Shown: piece by piece, positions 38,601-47,698 of the stretch
How the letters are laid out: every line of letters starts with the position of its first letter
Numbering within the stretch: the stretch's first letter is position 1
Assembly (NCBI GenBank): GCA_963722075.1
Contig: CAVRJM010000001.1
Coordinates: 32,001 to 96,000 of the forward strand
DNA: 64,000 nucleotides
Direction: 5' to 3'
Origin: Candidatus Babeliales bacterium
Lineage (GTDB): Bacteria; Babelota; Babeliae; Babelales; JANWKD01
Position numbers and translations under genes: made by a program
The notes under the pieces: generated by a model
The model's database searches: none
What the model was told of the DNA's origin: nothing
Seen by the model: only the letters and a program-made list of their open reading frames with translations

Positions 38601-40243
38601 GAAAGTATTGAATTTAAAACGGTGAACGTACCATTGAATTCAGTATTTAGGAAAGTGAACGTGCCATTGAATTCGGAATTTATCAAGGTAAAGGTGCCAT
38701 TGAAGTTATTTTGTATTTCTGCACAGCACGTGGTTAATGTGTTCTCTATATCTTCAAGCATGGTGAATGTACCAATAATGGTTTCGATTTGTGTCGTAAG
38801 CGTATTGGTAACATCAATTAGTTCAGAAATAGTGATGATCAGGGATGAAGTACTTTCAACAAGCTCATCCACCGTTTCTACTAAAATAGAGGTGGTTACT
38901 TCTAAGGTGGCAACCAAGGTGCTAAATGTTTGAATAATGCTACAGCAGCTAGTTAATGTATTTTCAATGTCAAAAAGCGTTGTAAAGGTTCCATTGAAAT
39001 TGTTTTGTGTTTGAGCGCAACACGTAGTTAATGTAGTCTCGATATCATTAAGTACCGTAAATACCCCAGTAAAATCAACCGTTGCAGTTAACACGATATT
39101 ATCAAGTACGGTGAAAACGCCATTAAATTCATTAGTAATGTTGGCACAACAGGTAGTGAGCGTATTTTCAATATCATTTAAGACGGTAAAAGTACCATTG
39201 AAATTATTTTGTGTTTGAGCACAGCAGGTGGTTAATGTAGTCTCGATATCATTAAGTACCGTAAATACCCCAGTAAAATCAACCGTTGCAGTTATTACGA
39301 TATTATTAAGTACGGTGAAAACGCCATTAAAGTCATTTTCGATGGTAGCACAACAGGTAGTAAGCGTATTTTCAATATCATTTAAGACGGTAAAAGTACC
39401 ATTGAAATTATTTTGTGTTTGAGCACAGCAGGTGGTTAATGTAGTCTCGATATCATTAAGTACCGTAAATACCCCAGTAAAATCAACCGTTGCAGTTATC
39501 ACGATATTATCAAGTACGGTGAAAACGCCGTTGAAATCATTAGTGAGGTTAGCGCAACATGTTGTAAGGGTATTATTAATATCAGTTAGCGTAGTAAACA
39601 CACCTGAAAAATCGACTGTTGCTGTTACTTGGAGATTATTAAGCACCGTGAAAACGCCGTTGAAATCATTAATTAATGTATCGCAACAATTTTGTTGATT
39701 TTGGCAACATTGATTAATAATATTTTGTAAGTTTCTGAGAATTTGTAAAACTTCAGAAAAATCGCATACTAATGGACCTACAATAGAACCATCCATAAAA
39801 CCGGGCGCATTTGGACGTAGTGCACGTGAGAACTGTTCTTGTAAAGTAGAGTTACTTATTTTTTCAATGATAAACGAGAGTGCTTGATTAAAATCGTTGA
39901 TTGGTAAAACTGTATCTTCATTATCGAGTATTCTATAACAGTTAAGGAAGCCTTGCGGTATTTCATCAATGGTATTGTTTTGGTAACTATATTCTATAAT
40001 TACATTAAAGAGTTCTTTAAGATTTAATCCTTTTAAATCGTCTTCGGTAATAGAAACGCATGGGGTGTTTTCAGATTGAAAATGTTCTTCGCAAGCATCA
40101 GCGGTAGATTGTTCTTCGATTATGTTACGTGAAAATTTTTCTAAATGATCAATATGATATGAGACTGTTACTATTGGTTGTATGAGCAATGATATAAATA
40201 CCAATGAGTTAAAAAAAAGTTTTACCTTCTTTTGTAGCTTCAT
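35687..40243 (-). CDS. Fibre A: N-domain, CC-repeat stalk, phage-like head (about 1518 aa; two opposing single-base frameshifts)
   Basis: ORFs 38303..40243, 37186..37437 and 35687..37084 are one continuous repeat gene; extra base at 38321-38322, missing base at 37203-37204; span 4557 nt = 1519 codons. Confidence 0.8.
36900..39700 (-). repeat. Intragenic stalk repeats (312-bp and 204-bp units)
   Basis: Unit recurs at 37671, 37983, 38295 and at 39181, 39385; protein FNG(T/V)FT..TCCAN modules. Confidence 0.85.
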
Positions 40244-40284
40244 AAAACTTTACCCTTTTTTTAATAAAAACAAAATTTATTAAA

Positions 40285-40319
40285 ATTAATCATATTAGGT
40301 AAAAAAATAACAAGAGTTT
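40285..40319 (-). promoter_or_regulatory. Conserved upstream motif of fibre A
   Basis: Minus strand CTTGT...AATATGATTA, also upstream of fibres B and C. Confidence 0.5.
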
Positions 40320-40361
40320 ATTAACAAAAAATAAAAAGAACCTGCATGCGGTTGACCGGAG

Positions 40362-40395
40362 TGTCATCACGAGGCCTTCAGGCCATGGTGATCCA
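40362..40395. repeat. Left arm of the palindromic element
   Basis: tgtcatcacgaggccttcaggccatggtgatcca matches 32115-32152. Confidence 0.7.
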
Positions 40396-40494
40396 GTAAT
40401 AAAAAAGGTTCATCTCTTTTAAATTCTTAAAACTGTTTATAGTATTGATCTTTATTAAGAACGTAATATTAAAGTCTTATTTTGAAACTAATAA

Positions 40495-41184
40495 TTATTT
40501 TAAATAAATGTGTAAAAAACACTCAGTAGATGTAACTTTTTCCCAGATCCAGTGTGAAACTTTGGGTATAGTTCTCATATATTCTTCAATCTTCTTTTTA
40601 TTATAATAGTTATTATAGATTGGCAAGCCGCGTGGATATAAAAGATAGATTGCATCAGGTTCTTGTTCTGGGGGTATGAAAAAAACGATTAATACTTCAT
40701 AACGTGCAACACGAATAAGTTCTTTAATCGCTTTATGATAATAGTGAAGGTGTTCAAGAATATGCCGCGCATAACTGATATCAAAAGAATTGTCTTTTAA
40801 AGGAATATTTTCAATAGATCCTTGTATAACGGGAATATTTTTTTGTTGGCAAAAATCTACTAGTTTTGGCGTAATTTCTATTCCTTGATACGTTATAGCG
40901 ATAGTATCTTGTAACAACCCAAAATAATCGGTTCCTGCTCCACAAGGAATATCTAAGATGCTTGTATAATTATGTTGCTGAATATAGTGGCGCAAAGCTT
41001 TGCGTGACTGTGTATTAAAATCACGTGCCCAAACTTCTAAATCGGGCCAAAAGCCAATTGTACCTGCAAACTGTTGCCACCATAGTTCATAAGGTTGTAA
41101 GTCTAACTCTTTTATCTGTAGTGATGCTTTTTGAGCATTAAACCAGATTAATCCGATCCAAAATATTCTATAAAATAACTTCAC
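40495..41184 (-). CDS. Class I SAM-dependent methyltransferase
   Basis: ILDIPCGAG, GSIENIPLKDNSFD, HILEHL, ELIRVAR. Confidence 0.88.
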   Translation of the reverse strand: MKLFYRIFWIGLIWFNAQKASLQIKELDLQPYELWWQQFAGTIGFWPDLEVWARDFNTQSRKALRHYIQQHNYTSILDIPCGAGTDYFGLLQDTIAITYQGIEITPKLVDFCQQKNIPVIQGSIENIPLKDNSFDISYARHILEHLHYYHKAIKELIRVARYEVLIVFFIPPEQEPDAIYLLYPRGLPIYNNYYNKKKIEEYMRTIPKVSHWIWEKVTSTECFLHIYLK

Positions 41185-41193
41185 GGTAGTTCA

Positions 41194-44100
41194 TTATGGA
41201 TTAATATCAATATTATCAAAGCTTCCTGTTGTGCCTGTTGCTGGCAATACGGTACTAAAGCTGCCAGAAACAACGGGCAGTAGTGCAGAAACATAAGTAA
41301 CATCAAAGTTTGTACCATTGTTAAATGCAAAATTAGCACCAACAAGACTGGTGCTTGCATTAGTTGCAACATCTTGTATGCCAAAGCTTACAAATGGTCC
41401 TAAATTATTGGCTAATGAGTTGTTTTGTAGATAACAATTTATGCAGTTGGGTGGTGTTTGGAGATTATCATCCAATAGAATGCCATAACTGAATCCGTTG
41501 GTTGGATCATTTGCGATGTTATTATTACTGGTGCAATATTTTATCGAAGATCCTGTTTCGGCACGGAGTATAAATCCTGCAGCAGATGAGGTTGCTTGGT
41601 TATCTACTGCTACGCAGTATTCTAGCACATTTGCGGTACCCGTTGTGCATATATATCCTGCAGATTCTGTTATTCCTATATTGCCACTTGTTTGGCATTC
41701 TAGTATTTCTGAAGCAGTTTCATTTTCGAGGGAAAATCCATAAGCAGATTCTACGTTGGTAGTATTATTTGTTGAAACGCACTCTTTAAAGACATTGTTT
41801 GCTCCATCCATACTTGCAAATCCAATTGCAGAATCGCCAGCATTATTTGAAGCTTGGCAATTGATAAATACATTATTGCTTGATGAATTTAATACAACAC
41901 CAGCGCCTAATCCCACCGTATATCGAGTTATGTTATTGCCCAAATTACCATTGAATGTGCAATTTTCAATATAATTATCATTACTTCCAATAAGAGATAA
42001 ACCTGAGCTGAATTGGTTTGCAAGGTTACCATTCATAGTGCAATTGAAGAGTGTACAATTAGAACAGTTTAACAAGCCCACTCCAAAAACATCATTATTT
42101 AAATTTTGATTAAAAAGACTGTTTTTAATAACAAGATTAAAACAGTTGAATGCAAAGAGACCACCTAAATTTGAAAGAGTAAATCGAGTAAGCTCTCTAA
42201 ACAGTAACGTAGGAGGAGTATACATAAGTTGACTACAATAGAGCGCAGCACAATGTGTAATTCGTGAATTTACAATTGGGTCGGTATTGGTGGCTTGGGA
42301 AGCAACAAATCCATTGTCACCTAATTGAAAGCCATAAAAATCACAACTTAATGTCGTAATAGTATCAAGTTCTATATCATTTGAACCACCATTTACAACA
42401 ATACCCGCAATAAACATATTTTGTATTATACCATTTTTAATGGTTACATGGGTGGCTGTATCAATAAAAATTCCCGATGAAAGATTTCCAGGAAGCCCAC
42501 CCAGTTGTCTTTGGCAAAGATCGAGTGTTACATCATTTGCCATAATTTGAATTATGGAACTGTATGCAACTCCTGTTGATACAATATTTTCTTGTAAGAA
42601 GTAGTTGCCTGATGTGCTGATAATATAACTTCCTCCAGCAGCATCGACATCGGCTTGTGTAATTGGAATATTGGAGCAGTTTTTATTTACAATGCTGTTA
42701 AGTGCGGTGAAGGTACCATTAAATTCATTAGTGATGTTAGCGCAGCAAGCAGTGAGCGTATTGTTAATGGAGTTTAAAACAGTAAACGTCCCTGCAGATT
42801 CACTATTAATTGAGGTTACTGATGAGAGTATTGAATTTAATACGGTGAACGTACCACCAAAGTCAGTATTAAGAAGGGTGAAGACACCATTAAAGTCATT
42901 AGTTAAATTAGCGCAGCAGGTGGTTAAGCTATTATTAATAGAATTAAGAACGGTAAAGGTCCCGTTGAATTCTGAATTGATTAACGTAAATGTGCTATTG
43001 AAGCCAGTTTCAAGAACAGTGAAAGTGCCATTGAATTCATTAGCGATGTTAGCACAGCAAGCGGTCAATGTATTATTAATAGAATTGAGAACGGTAAAGG
43101 TACCAGCAGCTTCATTATTAATTGAGGTTACTGATGAGAGTATTGAATTTAATACCGTGAAAGTTCCACCAAAGTCAGTATTAAGAAGGGTGAAGACACC
43201 ATTAAAGTCATTAGTTAAATTAGCGCAGCACGTAGTTAAGGTAGAATCGATATCATTAAGTACTGTAAATACACCAGAAAGATCTACAGTAGCAGTTACC
43301 TTCAGGTTACTGAGTACGGTGAAGACACCATTAAAGTCATTTTCGATGGTAGCACAACACTCGGTAAGCGTATTATTAATATCATTTAAGACGGTAAAAG
43401 TACCATTGAAGTTGTATTGTGTTTGAGCACAGCAGGTGGTTAACGTAGTCTCGATATCATTAAGTACCGTAAACACACCAGAAAAATCAACCGTTGCAGT
43501 TATCGTCAAGTTATTAAGAACGGTGAAAACACCATTAAACTCATTGGTAATGTTAGCACAACAGGAAGTAAAAGTAGTTTCAATATCATTAAGAACGGTA
43601 AAGGTGCCATTGAAATTATTTTGTGTTTGAGCGCAACAAGTGGTTAAGGTAGTATTGATTTCACTCAGTGTCGTAAATACATCAGTAAAATCTACCGTTA
43701 CCGTTACCGTCAAATTATTAAGTACGGTAAAAACACCATTCAAATCGTTAATTATAATATTGCAGCATTCTACTTGATTTTGACAACATTGGTTAATAAT
43801 ATTTTGTAAGTTTCGTAAAATTTCTAAAATTTCAGAAAAATCACACACTAACGGTCCAACAATAGAACCATCCATAAAACCAGGTGCATCTGGGCGTGGT
43901 GCTCGTGAAAGCTGTTCTTGAATAGTAGGGTTACATATTTTTTCAATAATAAAAGATAATGATTGATTAAGATCATTAATTGGCAACATCGTGTTATCAG
44001 TATTGAGTATTTTATAACAATTAATGAAAGCTAATGGTATTTCATCAAGCAGGTTATTTTGATAACTATATTCAATAATGATGTTAAAGAGTTCTTTAAG

Positions 44101-44304
44101 ATTTAATCCTTTTAGATCTTCTTCTTTAATAGAAATACAAGGAGCATCTTTTTCAGGTAAGGGAAGAGAATTCTCTTCAATGGTATCTATTGGAAATTTT
44201 TCTAGCGGCCTATATTGGTACGGGAGCAGTACTAATGGTTGTAATAAGAGAGAAATTAATACCAATGAATCAAAAAAAAGTTTTATATTCTTTTGTGGCT
44301 TCAT
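41194..44304 (-). CDS. Fibre B: N-domain, CC-repeat stalk, right-handed beta-helix head
   Basis: 1036 aa; N-domain homologous to fibre A; head from IISTSGNYFLQENI, DVTLDLC, VTIKNGII. Confidence 0.88.
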   Translation of the reverse strand: MKPQKNIKLFFDSLVLISLLLQPLVLLPYQYRPLEKFPIDTIEENSLPLPEKDAPCISIKEEDLKGLNLKELFNIIIEYSYQNNLLDEIPLAFINCYKILNTDNTMLPINDLNQSLSFIIEKICNPTIQEQLSRAPRPDAPGFMDGSIVGPLVCDFSEILEILRNLQNIINQCCQNQVECCNIIINDLNGVFTVLNNLTVTVTVDFTDVFTTLSEINTTLTTCCAQTQNNFNGTFTVLNDIETTFTSCCANITNEFNGVFTVLNNLTITATVDFSGVFTVLNDIETTLTTCCAQTQYNFNGTFTVLNDINNTLTECCATIENDFNGVFTVLSNLKVTATVDLSGVFTVLNDIDSTLTTCCANLTNDFNGVFTLLNTDFGGTFTVLNSILSSVTSINNEAAGTFTVLNSINNTLTACCANIANEFNGTFTVLETGFNSTFTLINSEFNGTFTVLNSINNSLTTCCANLTNDFNGVFTLLNTDFGGTFTVLNSILSSVTSINSESAGTFTVLNSINNTLTACCANITNEFNGTFTALNSIVNKNCSNIPITQADVDAAGGSYIISTSGNYFLQENIVSTGVAYSSIIQIMANDVTLDLCQRQLGGLPGNLSSGIFIDTATHVTIKNGIIQNMFIAGIVVNGGSNDIELDTITTLSCDFYGFQLGDNGFVASQATNTDPIVNSRITHCAALYCSQLMYTPPTLLFRELTRFTLSNLGGLFAFNCFNLVIKNSLFNQNLNNDVFGVGLLNCSNCTLFNCTMNGNLANQFSSGLSLIGSNDNYIENCTFNGNLGNNITRYTVGLGAGVVLNSSSNNVFINCQASNNAGDSAIGFASMDGANNVFKECVSTNNTTNVESAYGFSLENETASEILECQTSGNIGITESAGYICTTGTANVLEYCVAVDNQATSSAAGFILRAETGSSIKYCTSNNNIANDPTNGFSYGILLDDNLQTPPNCINCYLQNNSLANNLGPFVSFGIQDVATNASTSLVGANFAFNNGTNFDVTYVSALLPVVSGSFSTVLPATGTTGSFDNIDINP

Positions 44305-44341
44305 AACTAACGTCCTTTTTTAATAAATTAAATTTACTAAA

Positions 44342-44376
44342 ATTAATCATATTAGTTAAAAAAAGCACAAGAGTTT
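44342..44376 (-). promoter_or_regulatory. Conserved upstream motif of fibre B
   Basis: Near copy of 40285-40319. Confidence 0.5.
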
Positions 44377-44495
44377 AAAAAACAAAATAAAAATATCCCA
44401 TTCTCCTTTTTAAAGTCCAATGGTTTTGCCATAAGAAAATTTTTTATTTATCCTTTATGTAAAGCGTACAGATGCAAAAACTGAGGTATTTTTAG

Positions 44496-46418
44496 ATGAA
44501 TGATAAATTTTATATAACGACTCCTATATATTATGTTACTGCAAAACCACATCTGGGTTCCCTTTACTCGACTTTACTTGCTGATGTGATTATGCGTTGG
44601 CAAAAATTATTAGGCAAAAATACCTTTTTCTTAACGGGTACGGATGAGCATGGCCAAAAAATAGCGCAAGCAGCAGCTAAAGAAAAATTAGAACCAAAAA
44701 AATTTATTGATAGTTTTGTTCCATATTATAAGGGGTTATGGCGTCACTACCGATTGGATTATACCTATTTTATTCGTACCACTGATGAGCAACATGTAAA
44801 AGCAGTGCAGCTTTGGTTACAAAAGTTAATTGATAGCGGCGATATTTATAAAGATCATTATGAAGGATGGTACTGTGTCTCTGATGAGGCATTTGTTCCT
44901 GAAGCTGTTGACACTACTCAGGCTCCGGCCTGCCCTTTGTGTGGTCGTGAAACTATTATGGTTTCAGAAGAGTCATATTTTTTCCGCTTATCTGCGTATC
45001 AAGATCGTTTATTAGCATTTTATGAAGCACATCCTGATTTTATTGTACCGCATGAACGTGCGCAAGAAGTGATCAACTTTGTTAAATCAGGGTTACGTGA
45101 TTTAAGTATTTCACGTACTACCGTTACGTGGGGAATTCCCTTTCCGGATAATCAAAAGCATGTTACGTATGTATGGGCTGATGCGCTTAATAACTACATT
45201 ACGGCAATAGGGTATGGCCAACCAGAAAAAGAAAAAGAGTTTAATTACTGGTGGCCAGCTGATGTGCAAATCTTAGGAAAAGACATTTTGCGTTTTCATG
45301 CTATTTATTGGCCAGCGTTTTTAATGGCTTCTGATTTGCCGCTCCCAAAACAGCTATTAGTACATGGCTGGATAAAAGTAAATAATGAAAAGATGTCCAA
45401 ATCACGCCATAATGTGGTGGATCCAAAAATACTTGCTGATACCTATGGCGTTGATCAAATTAGATATTATTTAATGAGACAAATGTCTATTTCACAAGAT
45501 TCTAATTTTTCTATTGAGGAATTAGAACAGCGAATTACTGCTGATTTAGCATATGATTTGAGTAATTTATTAAATCGTATGTCTTCATTAACAGAAAAAA
45601 ATCAAATTTTTTCAATCCCGGTTCCAGCGCAATGGTCTCCTGAAGCCGTTGCTTTATACCAGCAAAGCATACAGATGCTTACTGAATTGCAATCACATAT
45701 GAATAATTACGTAGTTCATTTAGGATTAGCAACCATCTGGAAATTTATTGCTCAAGCAAATGCATTTTTTCATGCTCATGAACCATGGAAACTGATTAAA
45801 GAAGATAAAGAAAAATTTTTAGAAGTTTGTTCAGCCGTGTGCCATAGTTTGCGTACAATTAGTATGGCGTTATGGCCCGTAATGCCTTCTAGTATGGAGC
45901 AATTATTGCAAAGTTTAGGCGTGGTGACAGCTTTTGGAAATCAAACTAATCTTATTGAATTACTCATGCATGAATCATGGGATCACAGCTTTACAATTCA
46001 AAAAATTCCGGTTCTTTTTAATAAAATTGAGAAGCAAACGGAAGAAAAAGCAGAAGGAATTGCTCGGAATGACGTGGTAGAAGAACCTACTGTAATTGAA
46101 ATTACTGACTTTGCAAAAATGCAATTGCGTGTGGGCACCATTGATGAGTGTGAGACTATAGCAAAATCAGATAAATTGTATAAATTACAAGTTAATTTTG
46201 GCTCCTTAGGAACCAGACAGGTATTAAGCGGTATTCGTCATTTTTTTTCGCCTGAAGAATTAAAGAATAAACAGGCTGTTTTTGTTTATAATTTAAAACC
46301 GCGCCAAATGATGGGGTTGCAATCACAGGGAATGATTTTAACGGCTAAAGATGATGCAGGTAAATGTCATTTGATTGTTCCTCAACAATTGGTTCCTAAC
46401 GGTACACTTTTACAATAG
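44496..46418 (+). CDS. metG: Methionine--tRNA ligase with C-terminal tRNA-binding domain
   Basis: YITTPIYY, HLGS, GTDEHG, KMSKS, C-terminal OB fold. Confidence 0.97.
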   Translation: MNDKFYITTPIYYVTAKPHLGSLYSTLLADVIMRWQKLLGKNTFFLTGTDEHGQKIAQAAAKEKLEPKKFIDSFVPYYKGLWRHYRLDYTYFIRTTDEQHVKAVQLWLQKLIDSGDIYKDHYEGWYCVSDEAFVPEAVDTTQAPACPLCGRETIMVSEESYFFRLSAYQDRLLAFYEAHPDFIVPHERAQEVINFVKSGLRDLSISRTTVTWGIPFPDNQKHVTYVWADALNNYITAIGYGQPEKEKEFNYWWPADVQILGKDILRFHAIYWPAFLMASDLPLPKQLLVHGWIKVNNEKMSKSRHNVVDPKILADTYGVDQIRYYLMRQMSISQDSNFSIEELEQRITADLAYDLSNLLNRMSSLTEKNQIFSIPVPAQWSPEAVALYQQSIQMLTELQSHMNNYVVHLGLATIWKFIAQANAFFHAHEPWKLIKEDKEKFLEVCSAVCHSLRTISMALWPVMPSSMEQLLQSLGVVTAFGNQTNLIELLMHESWDHSFTIQKIPVLFNKIEKQTEEKAEGIARNDVVEEPTVIEITDFAKMQLRVGTIDECETIAKSDKLYKLQVNFGSLGTRQVLSGIRHFFSPEELKNKQAVFVYNLKPRQMMGLQSQGMILTAKDDAGKCHLIVPQQLVPNGTLLQ

Positions 46419-46420
46419 TA

Positions 46421-47698
46421 TTATGCCCATTGTTCTATCCAATTAATTGATGCATTGGCAAAAGTGGAAAGTCCGGTAATTAAATTATAAGCTGTTATCG
46501 TGAGCATATCTCCCGGGTATAATTCAATAATAAGATCATTTTCAGAAGAAGCAAAGGGAGCAACACTTCTGCGGAGCAAATTATTATTCAAACTGGTATT
46601 TGAAAAGGCAGTTAAAAATAATGAACCAGTACCGCTACTATAAGTGCCTGCGGTGCTTACGCTTACTACTGAGTTGCTATTAACCGCTGAAAAAGAGGTA
46701 CCGGTTACCGTTGCATTTTTATAAACATTAAAAACGGTAAACCCGTCAGCCGAGGCTTTAGTTAACAACGCTGATTGAGAAAAGGGAACACTGGTTTGAA
46801 TAAGGGTAATGACTACGGTAATTCTATTTGAAAAACTCTTAAAGGTATTATTATTTTTTATTGATATAAGATATGATTCAGTAGTTCCTATGGCAGCATT
46901 AAAAACTCCAGTGGTAAAAAAACGGTTGCCTGCTATATCATTTGTTGATTGAGTCGCATAATTCCATGATGCTGTTGCCAGTTCTAATATAGTTGCTCCA
47001 GCGGTTTTACTTACTTGAGCTGTTATGGGTAATTGTGGGTTAGAAAATATTGGTGAAGAAATAGTATTAGTTTTTTCGATAGTATGAAAAAGTATCCAGC
47101 TATTATGTTGACTTAAAATATAAAAATTTATTTCACTTGCTTCCCATCCCCAGGCAATTCTAAAAACATTTATATCTGCAGTATTAAGCGTGAAACCACT
47201 GTGTCCAGTGCCATTTAACGGATCTACATTAAATGAGCTTTGTGCAATGGTGGTGCTGGTACCATTATTACGATATAGAATTGAAAAGGTAGTATTATTA
47301 AATCCGATTGCTACGCCATCTGTTTGATTAAAAGGGCCAATCCATTGGGTGGAACTAGTAGCTGATCCATTAAGGAAGGCAGCAGTAAAAAAACAATCAG
47401 ATTCATGCCCGGGATGATATACTACTGATTCATTGCTTTGCACTTGTGCAAAGCCGGTGACTCCGGTACCGCTTGAGACAATCGCCATACTATTGGAACT
47501 CTGAACCGTGCCACTTGAAAAAGTAGAGGTAGTAACTTGATAGGAGGGAATACCATATTGAAATTCAACCACAATATAATCATCACGTGAAGAAACTAGT
47601 GTCTCTTCAAAGATGGAAGTAAACGCTGTTTGATCTTGCGCTTGTATTTGAATAATAAATAAAACAACAAATACAAATATATTTATTATACTATTCAT
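46421..47698 (-). CDS. Secreted head-only protein (phage-virion-like domain)
   Basis: ATG 47698 overlaps the fibre C stop (TAATG); signal peptide ending IQA; DPLNGTGHSG, FRIAWGW, WIEQW. Confidence 0.82.
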   Translation of the reverse strand: MNSIINIFVFVVLFIIQIQAQDQTAFTSIFEETLVSSRDDYIVVEFQYGIPSYQVTTSTFSSGTVQSSNSMAIVSSGTGVTGFAQVQSNESVVYHPGHESDCFFTAAFLNGSATSSTQWIGPFNQTDGVAIGFNNTTFSILYRNNGTSTTIAQSSFNVDPLNGTGHSGFTLNTADINVFRIAWGWEASEINFYILSQHNSWILFHTIEKTNTISSPIFSNPQLPITAQVSKTAGATILELATASWNYATQSTNDIAGNRFFTTGVFNAAIGTTESYLISIKNNNTFKSFSNRITVVITLIQTSVPFSQSALLTKASADGFTVFNVYKNATVTGTSFSAVNSNSVVSVSTAGTYSSGTGSLFLTAFSNTSLNNNLLRRSVAPFASSENDLIIELYPGDMLTITAYNLITGLSTFANASINWIEQWA

